From Octopus sinensis (taxonomy: Eukaryota): a stretch of 64,000 nucleotides of DNA. The stretch covers positions 50,778,001 through 50,842,000 of the forward strand of contig NC_043007.1 of the NCBI RefSeq assembly GCF_006345805.1. The letters are read 5' to 3'. Position 1 is the first letter of the stretch; every line of letters begins with the position of its first letter. Position numbers and translations under genes: made by a program. Shown here in pieces: positions 40,629 through 53,779 of this stretch. The notes beneath the pieces are model-generated. The model was not told the origin of the DNA, made no database searches, and saw only the letters and a list, made by a program, of their open reading frames with translations.

Positions 40629-41247
40629 CTAAATGACCACCTTTTAGATGAGAAAGGTGTCCCCTTAAGATTTAATTAAAGTCCCGTAGACAGGTAGTGT
40701 ATAACAACAACAGTGTTAGTAACAATAACTAACTTATATGCAATATAAATAACAACCAAGCATCATCTAGTTTGTTAAATATATTAAATGACAAAATGAT
40801 CGCGATTAGAAACGCCTTTGATCATCAGTACGTTTAATCACGACTGACCAGGGGTTAAACAGCAGCAACAACTATATATAACAACTATTTAGAAATACAA
40901 CGAGGAGGCGGAAGAGGAGGAGGATAACGACAACTCCGATTACAAAGAAACAATAACACGCGCGCGCACGCTCACGCGTGCACACAGTCCGAACGAAAAT
41001 AGAAATTAACCATTTAAAATGTTAACATATCTATAATAAAACCCAAAAACTAATACGAGTGATCATCAAAAGAAAGAATCACCCTCTCTTTCCGAGTATT
41101 TGTCTTCCATATTTATAGCAACCAGTGTTACATATGCAATAAATATTGGGGTAACAAAATACACAGAACGAACTGACCGACTATCACGCATGCGCATGAA
41201 TAATTTATTCAATATAATCTTTATTCGAGTCTCTCCTCCCCCTGTCT

Positions 41248-41294
<47 letters not shown>

Positions 41295-43790
41295 CGAATG
41301 TGTGTGGAGTGTGTTTGTGCGTCTTTGTATTTATGCTCTCTGTCTATTCTGCTTACACTATATACACCGTGTTACTCTCTACAATATCAACCAACGCAAG
41401 AGATATCACAGAAAATCGTTAATGCCACTGAGTGGTTGGTGGGTTTGCTAGCTGGATGTCGTATTGACTATCTGATTGCCTGCCTGACTGCATGGCTTTG
41501 TTGGCTGAGTGATTGACTGATGCATACACTGACACACGCACACATATACATACACACACACAAACACAATCACACATTATGTGAAGCGATATGAAGGCGT
41601 GGCCATTGTTTAGCTGTTAGAGGCTGAGAGACGAACCAATAATACTAGCATTGGACCAACCAGCTAGGAAACCTCAACGTAGTGAATTTCTTTACTAGAG
41701 ATAACAGCTAAATCTCTTTCAAATCATGTTCCCGCGAATAATATAGTCCCATATACACTTTGTCTGTAAGACGTAGGCATAGGTTTCATCGATAAATAGT
41801 GGGTTTTGATCTATTAATAGCGGGTTGCCAGAGATTCGTCACAGAACTCCCCCACCCTTTTTTTTTTTCAAGATAGAATTCTGAATTCAAACTGCACTGG
41901 GATCAACTGTGTTTTTCATTCTTCAGAGATCGATACAATAAAGTAGCAGTCACAAAACTGGGGTAGATTCATTTACCTATAAAACATCCTAGATGTGTTT
42001 AGAATTATAATAGAGATTTGCAATCGGAGTGGCAGGATATAGCTGGCTGAAACACTTTCATATGGTTTTTATTGTGAATGATTATGTTTTGAGTTCAAAT
42101 CCCACCACGTTCAACAGTGTTTTTAATCTTCACCGGGTCCCTATAGCAAGTATCCATCACAGTAATTAACTGACAGTGTACTTCAATTAATGACCTACTC
42201 TCCCCTTACTGATAGTACTCCTTCCTAATCGTTGATATTTCTCACATGGTGGTACTCATCTCCCAATATGTCTTCCTATACCAAATATAAGCCTTTTTAG
42301 TAGAATATTTAAAGATTTATCTGAGTGAGTCAGTGCATGCGTGTGTATGTGTAAATGTGTGTAGGTGAGGGTGTGCATGCGTGTCTGTATGTTTTTGTGT
42401 GTTTGTGTGAATGTGTTTGCGTGTATCTGTGTGTGCATGCGTTTATGTGTGTTTTCATATACTAAGGGAAATTCATTACTTCTCAGATCCTTACTACAGA
42501 CATCGCAAACAACAAGAACAACAATAATAATATTGTTGATGATGATGTTAATTTGTTATATAAGTACAAAAATACGATAAATAGTGGCGGGTGGATCTAC
42601 AGAGGTGGGTCTACAGATATTTTAACGAAATACTGAAGAATACAAGTTGAATCAGTTATGAATGTTTTAAACCGGCATTCTGCGATTTTAATTACACTGA
42701 AAAACATTCTTTGTATGTTACACTTAATCCGGTATTCTACTACACTGCAATCTCATTCTATTAATAAACATTAACTTGTTCTATTCAATCTAGGGTTCTA
42801 TTAATTTTTTCATATCTCATTTCACTGATAATTACTGACAAAAAAAAAACAATCAAATTATGGAAAAGAAATCTTTTATCAGGTCGATCGAGGAGCCCAC
42901 ACAATTAGAAAAAAATCTTCAATTTATTCCCTACATTTTGAATGTCCCCTGTATACATCTAGAATTGCTTGAATCCAAGAAGAGTAAAGGAAAAATAAAT
43001 AATGTAAGTCTTGACGATGCAGTCTTGCCGAGTTGCATATAGAAATAATAAAAATAGGATCTTAATATAGATATATAGTAGAGCATATTAAAGTTATAAT
43101 TATATAAAAATATAACTGATTGTAAATTAATCATTAAATCTAGGAGGCACGATCAAGAAAATGTTCCAGCATAATGAATAAGCATTACTACAAGAATATA
43201 TTTTGTTTCAATAGGTTATAGGTTACGGTTCAGCATATGTGTATATCTGTGTATACATGTACATTTGAATGTCTGCGTGTATTTGTGCCTCTATATATAA
43301 ACACACATATATATACACACATACATATGTAAATGCACATGAAAATACACAGTTATTTTATGCTCTTACACATATATGATGTGTATGCGTATATATATAC
43401 ATACACTCACATACATACACATGTATATGTGTATGTGTGTATGTCCTACCGATCATATACCGCCCCACCTACACTGACTTTAATCACATGAATTCACAGT
43501 ATTCTGGAATATAATGATTTTAAAAGGATTTGACAATCCTTATTTGCTCCAGGAATGAGGAGGATGTATTAAGAATTCTTAGACATGAAGCCATCCAGTA
43601 AATTTCTTTAAAATATGTAGAAAAAAAACAGAAAAAGAAAGTAACAAATAAATTAATGATTAAGTTGAAATAAAAGCCCAATCCACATACACACTTATAC
43701 AAACACACGCACCTTATATGCATACATACGTACATACATACATATATATATATGAATATACAACTATATACGTACATATACATACACACA

Positions 43791-43855
<65 letters not shown>

Positions 43856-44059
43856 TGCATTTTCTGAATCTTCAGATATTTTCTATATACTAGGCCACCG
43901 TTTAAATTGATATTAATCAAATTAATATTCAATTTTTTTCCCTTATTATTTAAATTCAATATATATATAAATAGACAATATATATTATATAATAATATAT
44001 AATATATATATATATATATCTATATATATATAAATATACAATAACATGTACATATATAA

Positions 44060-44092
<33 letters not shown>

Positions 44093-44094
<2 letters not shown>

Positions 44095-44222
44095 GGAGTA
44101 AAACCAAATGTGAAACAAGGTGGAAAAAAGAGTACTCAAATCCAGTGGTAGAGGAGATATATTTATTTTTAAAGCAGCAGAAAATTCAACTGAATTTTCT
44201 GCTGCTTTAAATAAAGGTATAG

Positions 44223-44274
<52 letters not shown>

Positions 44275-44861
44275 ATGAAAATAAGACAAGGTAGAAAATG
44301 CACAAAAAAAATAATTATCATGATGTTACATTTTAGTTCCGGTTTCAGTCATTTTAGACTTTTTCAATAAGAGTAAAATAAGAAAAGCAATTAAATTGGA
44401 AAAAATTAGCTTATAGATATTTTAATTGTCTTGAATAGGTAAATAACATCAATCTTTGTTTCACACACTCTCTCTCTCTCTTTCTCCATGTATATGTATG
44501 TATGTAAGTGTGTGTGGGTGTAAGAATGTATGTATGTATGTATGTATGTATGTATGTATGTATGTATGTATGTATGTATGTATGATGTAGGTTGTATGTA
44601 TGTATGTATGTGCATGTGGCACATACATAGAACTGTAAGGTGTAAAATATATACAAGTATATATTTTGCATAAGACCGAACATTGCTCATTTAGAAGTCA
44701 ATACATTTCGCAGAGTATTTAGATTTGGTTCGTATCGCGCAAATCCACACTTAATTTCGTTTTATTGTGTGTGTGCTTGTGTGGTGGGGTGAGAGTGTGG
44801 GTGTATGTGTGTTTGTACATGTATGCACCTAATAGAATATATAGGTGTATATGAATATATA

Positions 44862-44899
<38 letters not shown>

Positions 44900-45018
44900 G
44901 GAGTAAACACATAAATGTGAAACAAGGTGGAAAAAAGAGTACTCAATACCAGTGGTAGAGTAATATATTTATTTAAGCAGCAGAAAATTCAACTGAATTT
45001 TCTGCTGCTTTAAATAAA

Positions 45019-45077
<59 letters not shown>

Positions 45078-45356
45078 GAAAATAAGACAAGGTAGAAATG
45101 CAAAAAATAATTTTATCATGATGTACATTTTAGTTCCGGTTTCAGTCATTTTAGACTTTTTCAACTAAGAGTAAAATAAGAAAAGCAATTAAATTGGAAA
45201 AAATTAAGCTTTATAGATATTTTAATTGTCTTGAATAGGTAAATACATCAATCTTTGTTTCACACACTCTCTCTCTCTCTCTTTCTCCATGTATATGTAT
45301 GTATGTACGTGTGTGTGTGTGTGTAAGAATGTATGTATGTATTATGTATGTATGTG

Positions 45357-45388
<32 letters not shown>

Positions 45389-45660
45389 TGTATGTATGTA
45401 TGTGCATGTGCACATACATAGAACTTGTAAGGTGTAAAATATATACAAGTATATATTTTGCATAAGAACATTAGCTCATTTAGAAGTCAATACATTTCGC
45501 AGAGTATTTAGATTTGGTTCGTATCGCAAAATCCACACTTAATTTCGTTTTATTGTGTGTGTGCTTGTGTGTGGGGGGTGAGAGTGTGGGTGTATGTGTG
45601 TTTGTACATGTGTATGCACCTAATAGAATATATAGGTGTATATGAATATATATGCATATA
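44093..45660. repeat. Tandem duplication, period about 805 bp, bounded by (TA)n tracts
   Basis: ccggagtaaa at 44093 and 44898; both copies run through to gaatatatatgcatata. The copies differ mainly by small indels. Confidence 0.9.
45130..45168 (-). ncRNA. Degenerate minimal hammerhead with U3:A8 core (second copy at 44337-44370)
   Basis: Minus strand: UUAG UUGAAAA AGUC-UAAAAU-GACU GAAA CCGG A A CUAA. Stems I and II are intact; U16.1 is mutated to A. Confidence 0.5.
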
Positions 45661-45676
45661 TACACACACATGTAGT

Positions 45677-45746
<70 letters not shown>

Positions 45747-46101
45747 TTATATATATATATATATATAACATATATATATATTACATATACATATATACAA
45801 CACATACATATATATACACACAAAATATATGCATGTATGTATATACATACACACATACATATACATACACAACACATACACTTACCTAAATATGAAAAAT
45901 GAAGGTGTGTTTTATGTGCTTATATGTGTCTCTTTATACGTATGCAATTAGCGGCTGATTGCGAATGCTTTGTTAAATATAGATCTATATCCATGTGTCC
46001 ACTATTCTATTCTGGTGTTTCCATACTTCATAGACGTAATTTAATAACATGCTTGAGAGAAAAGCTGTTCCATTGTTCCCCCATATCTGCAAATATATGT
46101 G

Positions 46102-46155
<54 letters not shown>

Positions 46156-46424
46156 GGTGTGTGTGTGTTGGTGTGTGTGTGTGTTTATGATATATGAACC
46201 TATGTGTACGTGTGGAGACATGCCTGTAAGAAACCCTGCGTTGATTTTTGACTTATCAATTACTAATATGAAACTGTTTAATATAGAACTTATAACTATG
46301 CCTTTTGTACATGATTTTGTCTTAAAGCCACAATCCCCGTCGAAGATAATTTTAATACTGAGAATATTAACATCCAATCCTTTGTTAGAAAATAACTTTT
46401 CTATCATTATCGTTGTTGTTAATC

Positions 46425-46675
46425 TCATACATACATACATACATACATACATACATACATACATACATACATGTATACATGAATACATGCATACATACAT
46501 ACATACATACATACATACATACATACATACATAAATACATACATACATACATGCATGCATACATACATACATACATACATACATACATACATACATACAT
46601 GCATGCATGCATGCATGCATACATACATACATACATACATACATACATACATACATACATACATACATACATACA
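46425..46675. repeat. (CATA)n microsatellite
   Basis: Direct reading. Confidence 0.95.
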
Positions 46676-47192
46676 AATAAACATATAAGCATACATACGT
46701 ACTTACATATATGTATGTCATCTATATACATTATACAAATGCATACTCAAACATATACACACAAGTATATGTCATTTATTTGTTTTTAAATTTATTCGAG
46801 GTGTACTTAAACCAGATAGCATCATTTGAAATGAATAAACAGATAGAAGTATACAAACATACAAGCTAATGTACATAGATATATATTTTATAAACGCACA
46901 CACATACATGAACACACTCACAATGACACACACGCACACATACATACTGACTTGCGTTAATATTTTTTCCAATATTCATTCACGTGACAGGAGACATGCG
47001 TGAGTGTCTGTCTGTGTGTTTGTGGATAAAATCGTTACTACACTACAGTTATATATTGCTATATATTTTTACATATTTATATGAAACGGGACAAGACGTC
47101 TATCAAAATAAACCGTCACGGAAACACATCCATCTGAAGAATGCACTATATACCATGAAATTTAAAGTCATAGAACACTTGTCAATTGATAC

Positions 47193-47291
47193 NNNNNNNN
47201 NNNNNNNNNNNNNNNNNNNNNNNNNNNNNNNNNNNNNNNNNNNNNNNNNNNNNNNNNNNNNNNNNNNNNNNNNNNNNNNNNNNNNNNNNNN
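47193..47291. other. Assembly gap (99 N)
   Basis: Run of N. Confidence 1.
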
Positions 47292-47322
47292 NGCTGCCGC
47301 TACAACTGCTGCTGTTGCTACC

Positions 47323-47382
<60 letters not shown>

Positions 47383-47819
47383 GATAATAATAATGCTGTT
47401 GATGATGATGATGATAATTATAATCACCATCAACGGCGTCCCTATATTAACAACTGCATTAATAGCAGAGATAGACGTCACATAGAGACCGCCCACCTGC
47501 TTAGCTCCACCTTATAAATCTTATTGACCAATCAGCTTCCTACATTATTTTTTCTCCCTTTCCCTTCTCATATTCAGTCCCTTTCACACATGCAAAGGCA
47601 GAAACTCTGTCTCTGTTTCTCTGTCACTCTTTATCACTTATTCTCCCCCTCCTCCCCTCTCTCTCTCTCTCTCTATCCTCCTCTCTCTGATATATACATA
47701 TCTGTCGCTATCACCCCTTTATCTCTCCTCGCCTCTCTCGTAATAATCACAATTCCTCTCTATTTTCTGTCAGCTATTATTTACTGCTCATGTCCAATCT
47801 CTGTATCTCTCTGAGTAAA

Positions 47820-47820
47820 C

Positions 47821-47913
<93 letters not shown>

Positions 47914-47916
47914 ACC

Positions 47917-48001
<85 letters not shown>

Positions 48002-48194
48002 CCTTACTATCTTTATTTATTTATTATTTTTTTTTTGTGTTCTTTTCTTTCCTTTTACGATCCCTGTTGATCGAAAACCTACGCCACCCCCTTCTCTTTC
48101 CTTTGTTTTTTGTTTTTTTCATCCCCCCAAGAGAAAAGCTCTACCTTGTAACTTGTCCCATCTGTGTGCAGCCCTGTGTGGCCAATAAAGAAAC

Positions 48195-48256
<62 letters not shown>

Positions 48257-48267
48257 GTCTGTCTGTA

Positions 48268-48312
<45 letters not shown>

Positions 48313-48325
48313 GTCTATCTATCTA
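47820..48325. repeat. (TATC)n and (TGTC)n microsatellite blocks
   Basis: Direct reading: 47820-48000 and 48195-48325. Confidence 0.9.
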
Positions 48326-48441
48326 AATAACTAACTCTGGTTAGCAAGTTAAGTAATCAGCTATCATATTGTGGTGTTTCTCTCTTTCTATCTCTCCTTC
48401 CCTATCGCTCTTTCTCTCTCTTTTTGTATGTGTATGTATAT

Positions 48442-48505
<64 letters not shown>

Positions 48506-48521
48506 TGCATGCGTGTGTATG

Positions 48522-48690
48522 TGTATGGCTGTCTAGTAAAACGTTTGTTTTCAAACCATTTGGTTCCGGTTTCAGTCTCACTGCGTGACACCTCGAGCAA
48601 GTGTCTATAGTAAGCTATAGCACGGGGCCGACCTAAGCCTTGTAAGAGGTTTTGGTAAGCGAAAACAGGAAAAAAGCCTGTCGTTTATAA
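48522..48690 (+). mobile_element. SINE family A, 5-prime half, diverged
   Basis: tggctgtctagtaaa...ggttccggtttcagtctcactgcgtgacacctcgagcaagtgtc...gccgacc.aagccttgt. Confidence 0.65.
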
Positions 48691-49474
48691 ACTCTCCCTT
48701 GTCACTGAGCATTCAAGCTGATGCATTTCTTGTGCACGTCCTCTTGTCGTCCATTAATTTTACGCGCTTACTGATTGTTTATTTGAAAGTGATTGCATAT
48801 ATATATATACGCATTGAGTCGAACCAGGGGCAGCTGATGAAGGGGAATATTCCTTGTATTGTTTGTCCTGTACTCTGTTTTTTAGTTGTTAAAAAAAGTC
48901 CGTTTCCTTGTTTGTTTTTATGTTTTCGTTTCGCGTTGTGTTCAACGTTTATTTGTGATGCCCTGTACTCATATATATATACATATATATATGCATGTAT
49001 ATATATACATATAGATGTAGGTATGTACATATATGTATGTATGTATGCATATGTTTTATTTGTTAAATTGTTATTATATATATATATATATAATATATAT
49101 ATTATATATTATATATTAAGGTATGTAGAAAAATACAACATGGACAAGAACGTATAACTCAAGAAGACGATACAATAAATACGGACAGGACATTCGAAAC
49201 CCTCAGTCTTCAGTCAAGAACCGGATCATCGTAGTAATTTCGGCTAGATAGATAATTAAACTAAACAACACATGGTTTTAATCCCATTGGATCCTAATAC
49301 TTCAAGGTATTTTTTCGTGAACAATCATTAAACTCAAGATACACAAAGAATTCACAATGTATCGGAGTACTTATTTTTTTATTTTTGTACATATTTATTA
49401 TTATTCTTTTGCAAAAAAAAACAATGCAATTTTCTTTTTTCCCCTTTCTCACTTTAAAAAATTTTTTTACCTAC

Positions 49475-49515
49475 AATTCTTGAAAAGTCACATTATGACG
49501 AAAACCGGTTGAATT
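49475..49515 (+). ncRNA. Minimal type I hammerhead ribozyme, U3:A8 core variant, near intact
   Basis: AAUUC UUGAAAA GUCA-CAUUA-UGAC GAA(A)A CCGG U U GAAUU. 5-bp stem I, 4-bp stem II closed by G-C, palindromic helix III (ACCGGU) and a GUU triplet. There is one extra A in the GAAA run. Confidence 0.6.
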
Positions 49516-49611
49516 AAATATATTTATATATTTTATCAATTTCTCATTTCATTAAAATTTTCTTCCAATTTAGCATTCTGCATTTTTACAATTTTTCCTT
49601 GCTTATATATA

Positions 49612-49663
<52 letters not shown>

Positions 49664-50056
49664 ATATATGTATATAATATTATATATATATATAGAACCA
49701 ATTTTGAAATAATGGACATTACATATAATTCCTTAATTAGAGCAAATTTAGCTTACAGCTGTTTCCAGTAGTCATTATAGATAGGTTTACTCAATTGGTC
49801 TGTAAATTGAATGACCTAAGAAAATTAATGCTACCTTCGTCAGAGCCAGTTCTTCGCTAATCTAAGTAATATTGTTAGCTTGATATGCAAACAGAGAGCT
49901 ATGAAGTATTTTGTCCGGATTCATAATCCTTCACTATTTGTTTTATTTTATATATATTCATATACACACATACATACATACATACATACATACATACATA
50001 CATACATACATACATACATACATGCATACATGCATACATACATACATACATATATA

Positions 50057-50570
50057 CTTTTACTTGACTCAGTCATTTGACTGCAGCCATGCTGAAGCAC
50101 CGCCTTTACTCGAACAAATCGACCCCAGGACTTATTCTTTGTAAGTCTATCAGACTTTATAGCCAAACCGCTAGTTACGGAGACGTAAACACACCAACAT
50201 CGGCTGTCAAGCGATTGTGGGGGGATAAACAAAGACACGCAAATATATATACACACATATATATATACGACGAACTTCTTTCAGTTTCTGTCTACCAAAT
50301 CTACTCAAGGCTTTTATCGGCCCGAGGCTATTGTAGAAGACACTTGCCCAAGTGCCACGCAATGGGACTGAACCCAGAACTACGTGGTTGGGAAGCACGC
50401 CTCTGACGATGTATATATTTTTCTTTTCTTTTCTTTTATTCTTTTACTTGTTTCAGTCATTTTGACTGCGGCCATGCTGGAGCACCGCCTTTAGTCGAGC
50501 AAATCGACCCCGGGACTTATTCTTTGTAAGCCCAGTACTTATTCTATCGGTCTATTTTGCCGAACCGCTA
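50057..50570 (-). mobile_element. Two SINE family A copies (50057-50403 near full length; 50420-50570 3-prime half)
   Basis: cagtcatttgactgc...gcaccgcc...aaatcgacccc...gccgaaccgc, the reverse complement of 51044-51436. Confidence 0.85.
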
Positions 50571-50593
50571 TATATATATATATGATTATGCAT

Positions 50594-50821
50594 ATATATC
50601 GAAATACTTGCACACACGCACGCACACACACACACACACACACACATACACACACACACACACACACACTCATATATATAATAAATTATATGGGTAACTT
50701 ATTAGCAATTTGAGCCTAAATGCAATATATCGAAATACTTGCACACACGCACACACACACACACACGCAGACACACACACACACACACACTGATATATAT
50801 AATAAATTATATGGGTAACTT
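50594..50821. repeat. Short tandem duplication, about 130-bp period, containing (CA)n
   Basis: atatatcgaaatacttgcacacacgca...atatataataaattatatgggtaacttat occurs twice. Confidence 0.8.
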
Positions 50822-50918
50822 ATAATCTCAAAATATCTCAAAAGCCACAAAGCACTGTAGTTAATGAGTACCTAAGCGAGATAGATAGATAGAGATAGAT
50901 AGATAGATAGATAGATAG

Positions 50919-50973
<55 letters not shown>

Positions 50974-51043
50974 CATACATATTGAGTCATCCCGTAAATA
51001 ATGCAGGTTTTTTACACTTGTTTTATTTTTAAAAATTAAGAAA

Positions 51044-51436
51044 GGCGCAGGAGTGGCTGTGTGGTAAGTAGCTTGCTACCACTACGGTTCCGGGTTTCAG
51101 TCCCACTGCGTGGCATCTTGGGCAAGTTCTTTCTGCTATAGCCCCGGCCCGACCAATGCCTTGTGAGTGGATTTTGGTAGACGGAAACTGAAAGTAGCCT
51201 TGTCGTATATATATATATATATGTGTGTTGTGTTTGTGTGTCTGTGTTTGTCCCACTAGCATTGCTTGACAACCGATGCTGGTGCGTTTACGTCCCCGTC
51301 ACTTAGCGTTCGGCAAAAGAGCCGATAGAATAAGTACTGGGCTTACAAAGAATAGTCCCGGGGTCGATTTGCTCGACTAAAGGCGGCGCTCCAGCATGGC
51401 CGCAGTCAAATGACTGAAACAAGTAAAAGAGTAAAG
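51044..51436 (+). mobile_element. tRNA-derived SINE family A, full length
   Basis: A box TGGCTGTGTGG (51054-51064), B-box-like GGTTTCAGTCCC, internal (TA)n(TG)n, core GTCGA-N5-TCGAC, and a LINE-like tail ggcggcgctccagcatggccgcagtcaaatgactgaaacaagtaaaagagtaaag. Confidence 0.92.
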
Positions 51437-51595
51437 TCCAAACTTTCGGGTTCTTTTTCAGGGCTTAGAAAAACTGAAGAACCACTACAATAAGTGTGTG
51501 AATCTGAGAGGAGAATTATGTTGAATAAACTCATAATTAACTGATCCCCCTGTGTTTTCTTTTGCCTAAAGGAACTTTTCGGTACCCCCTGTATA
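51437..51595 (+). mobile_element. Mariner 3-prime-end fragment
   Basis: Encodes LEKLKNHYNKCVNLRGE, similar to the mariner transposase C-terminus (KL..RW.KC....G.Y), and ends in a TIR-like aacttttcggtaccccctgtata. Confidence 0.6.
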
Positions 51596-51877
51596 TTTAG
51601 TGGGTGGTGGGTATCTTTATTGTGGTTTTCCCCCATCGCAAGGGTTGGATTGTTTCCCTCTCTGTAACTTAATCGTTCGCGAACGAGACCAATAAGTACG
51701 AGGCTTTCAAAATAAGTACTGAGCTGCGATTCGTGCTATTCAAACGCTTCCAATCAGTGTCCCATCTTGCCCCGTCTTGTCCAACGATTGAAGCAAGTAA
51801 AATAAAAGGATTCGCACCATCACGCAGGCACACGCGCGCACAACACCCAATCGAATGAACACACATATTTGTGAGTG

Positions 51878-51918
<41 letters not shown>

Positions 51919-51938
51919 TGTGTGTGTACATTTGGATA

Positions 51939-52082
51939 GGCGCAGGCGTAGTTGTGTAGTAAAAAGCTTACTTCCCAACCACATAGTTCGGGTGGCACCT
52001 TGGGCAGGTGTCTTCTAGTATAAGCCTCGAGCCGACCAAAGCATTGAGTAGATTTAGTAGACGGAAACTGAAAGAACAGTCG
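51939..52082 (+). mobile_element. SINE family A, 5-prime half
   Basis: ggcgcaggcgtagttgtgtagtaa...ggcaccttgggcaggtgtcttc...gacggaaactgaaagaa. Confidence 0.75.
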
Positions 52083-52444
52083 TATATACACTGAACGCTG
52101 AAAGTCCATAGTGATTCGACGTACAAGGGTAAGCTCCAGGATGAGGTAGAAGAGGATGCGATTGGTACCTAGAGTTTCGTAGATTATTATTTTTTTTTTA
52201 CTTAAATTGCAAAATTTTCTTTATTTATTTTTCCTGTTTCTCCTTTTCCCCTCTACTCTCTAAAGAAGAACGTTGCCAAAAAGGCCATAAAAATTCAATC
52301 TTCCCATTTTTCTGATCGTGGAACCAACAAATTTTTGTTTTCTTGTTTCTTCCTATCTTTCTTTCTGTTATTCTTCCTTTTTTTTTTTTTGCTTCTGCTT
52401 TTGCTTTTTCCGCAAAATATTTTTTACATATCTGCACACACACA

Positions 52445-52525
<81 letters not shown>

Positions 52526-52592
52526 GCGCGCACATGCACCGCACACACACACAGATAGAGAGATAGACAGACAGACAGACAAACAGACAGAA

Positions 52593-52709
<117 letters not shown>

Positions 52710-53059
52710 CGTATACGTACAGACACTCAGTTTTACGCTGTGTGTGTAATTTCTGTGTAATAAACAAGGATGTAGTAAGTTCTGTGATGATTTGATAAAG
52801 TATAAACATTTAATGAATTCAATATATTTAGGTTGTGTATGTCTGTGTGTGCCTTTGTATGTGTGTGTGCGTGTGTGTGTGTGTGTGTCTAGCCAAATAT
52901 TAAATTACACGACAACAAAAGCCTATTGTGACGCTGTTGCGTATGTATTTCAGTTATTTGTGACCTGCGTAACGAAACATTTGCTGCTGCCGTATTTCTT
53001 AATCTTAAAAATGTGCTTCCAATATTGGCTGTGATTTGGCTAAGTCGTCGTCGTCGACG

Positions 53060-53094
<35 letters not shown>

Positions 53095-53180
53095 ATTGTT
53101 GTTTGCCCAGATCTAACCTACATATTCGACCGAACAACACGGGTGCGAACCAGAGATCGCCACTACCCCCTCTCTCCCTC

Positions 53181-53228
<48 letters not shown>

Positions 53229-53779
53229 GTTGACGAGGAACGCATTGTACATTCTTTGATGCTGTGGTTGCTGTTGTTTAGTCCCAGGCAAACCTTGTTT
53301 GAGCAGACCTATGTCTGAAAAATTATGGTCATCACATTTATTTTCATTTAATAATCACATATAACTGCATTAATCATTTAATTTCCAAGGGAATATCCAA
53401 TAACTGAGAGCGATTTGGCTTCGAATTCTTGTAGGTCGAAATCCACGTAGACCTCACCATGTAGTAGTTAGTGCATGTGCTCAGTATTGCACTCTGGACA
53501 TGGTATACTTTCACTCTGATACCCAGTGGTGGCCAAAACTAAAGGTGGGTGGGGCAAAGTTCTAGTCACTCATCTTGCTAGAAATAGCAGCAAAATCTCC
53601 TTTAACCCACGTTCCACAAACTTGAAAATGGCTGAATATACTGGATAGTCCAGTTTATCTCAATATTGAGAGTGATCAAAATTGTTCATAAACTGGCGGT
53701 GCTCCAGCATGACCAGAGCCTTTGGGTTGAAATGTATAAAAGAATAAAAGAATGTGTGTATGTGTATGTGAGAGAGAGT

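Noticed and set aside
42883-43003. Plus-strand exon candidate (SIEEPTQLEKNLQFIPYILNVPC...)
   Set aside because: Low GC, no recognisable homology and no independent support. It shows that exon-like patterns arise by chance in this window.
48834-48865. CUGAUGA-AGGGG(AAUAUU)CCUU as a hammerhead
   Set aside because: GAAA and the cleavage helix are missing; at best a remnant.
51044-51120. Functional tRNA genes
   Set aside because: The A/B-box heads here and at other SINE copies do not close an acceptor stem and run straight into SINE bodies.
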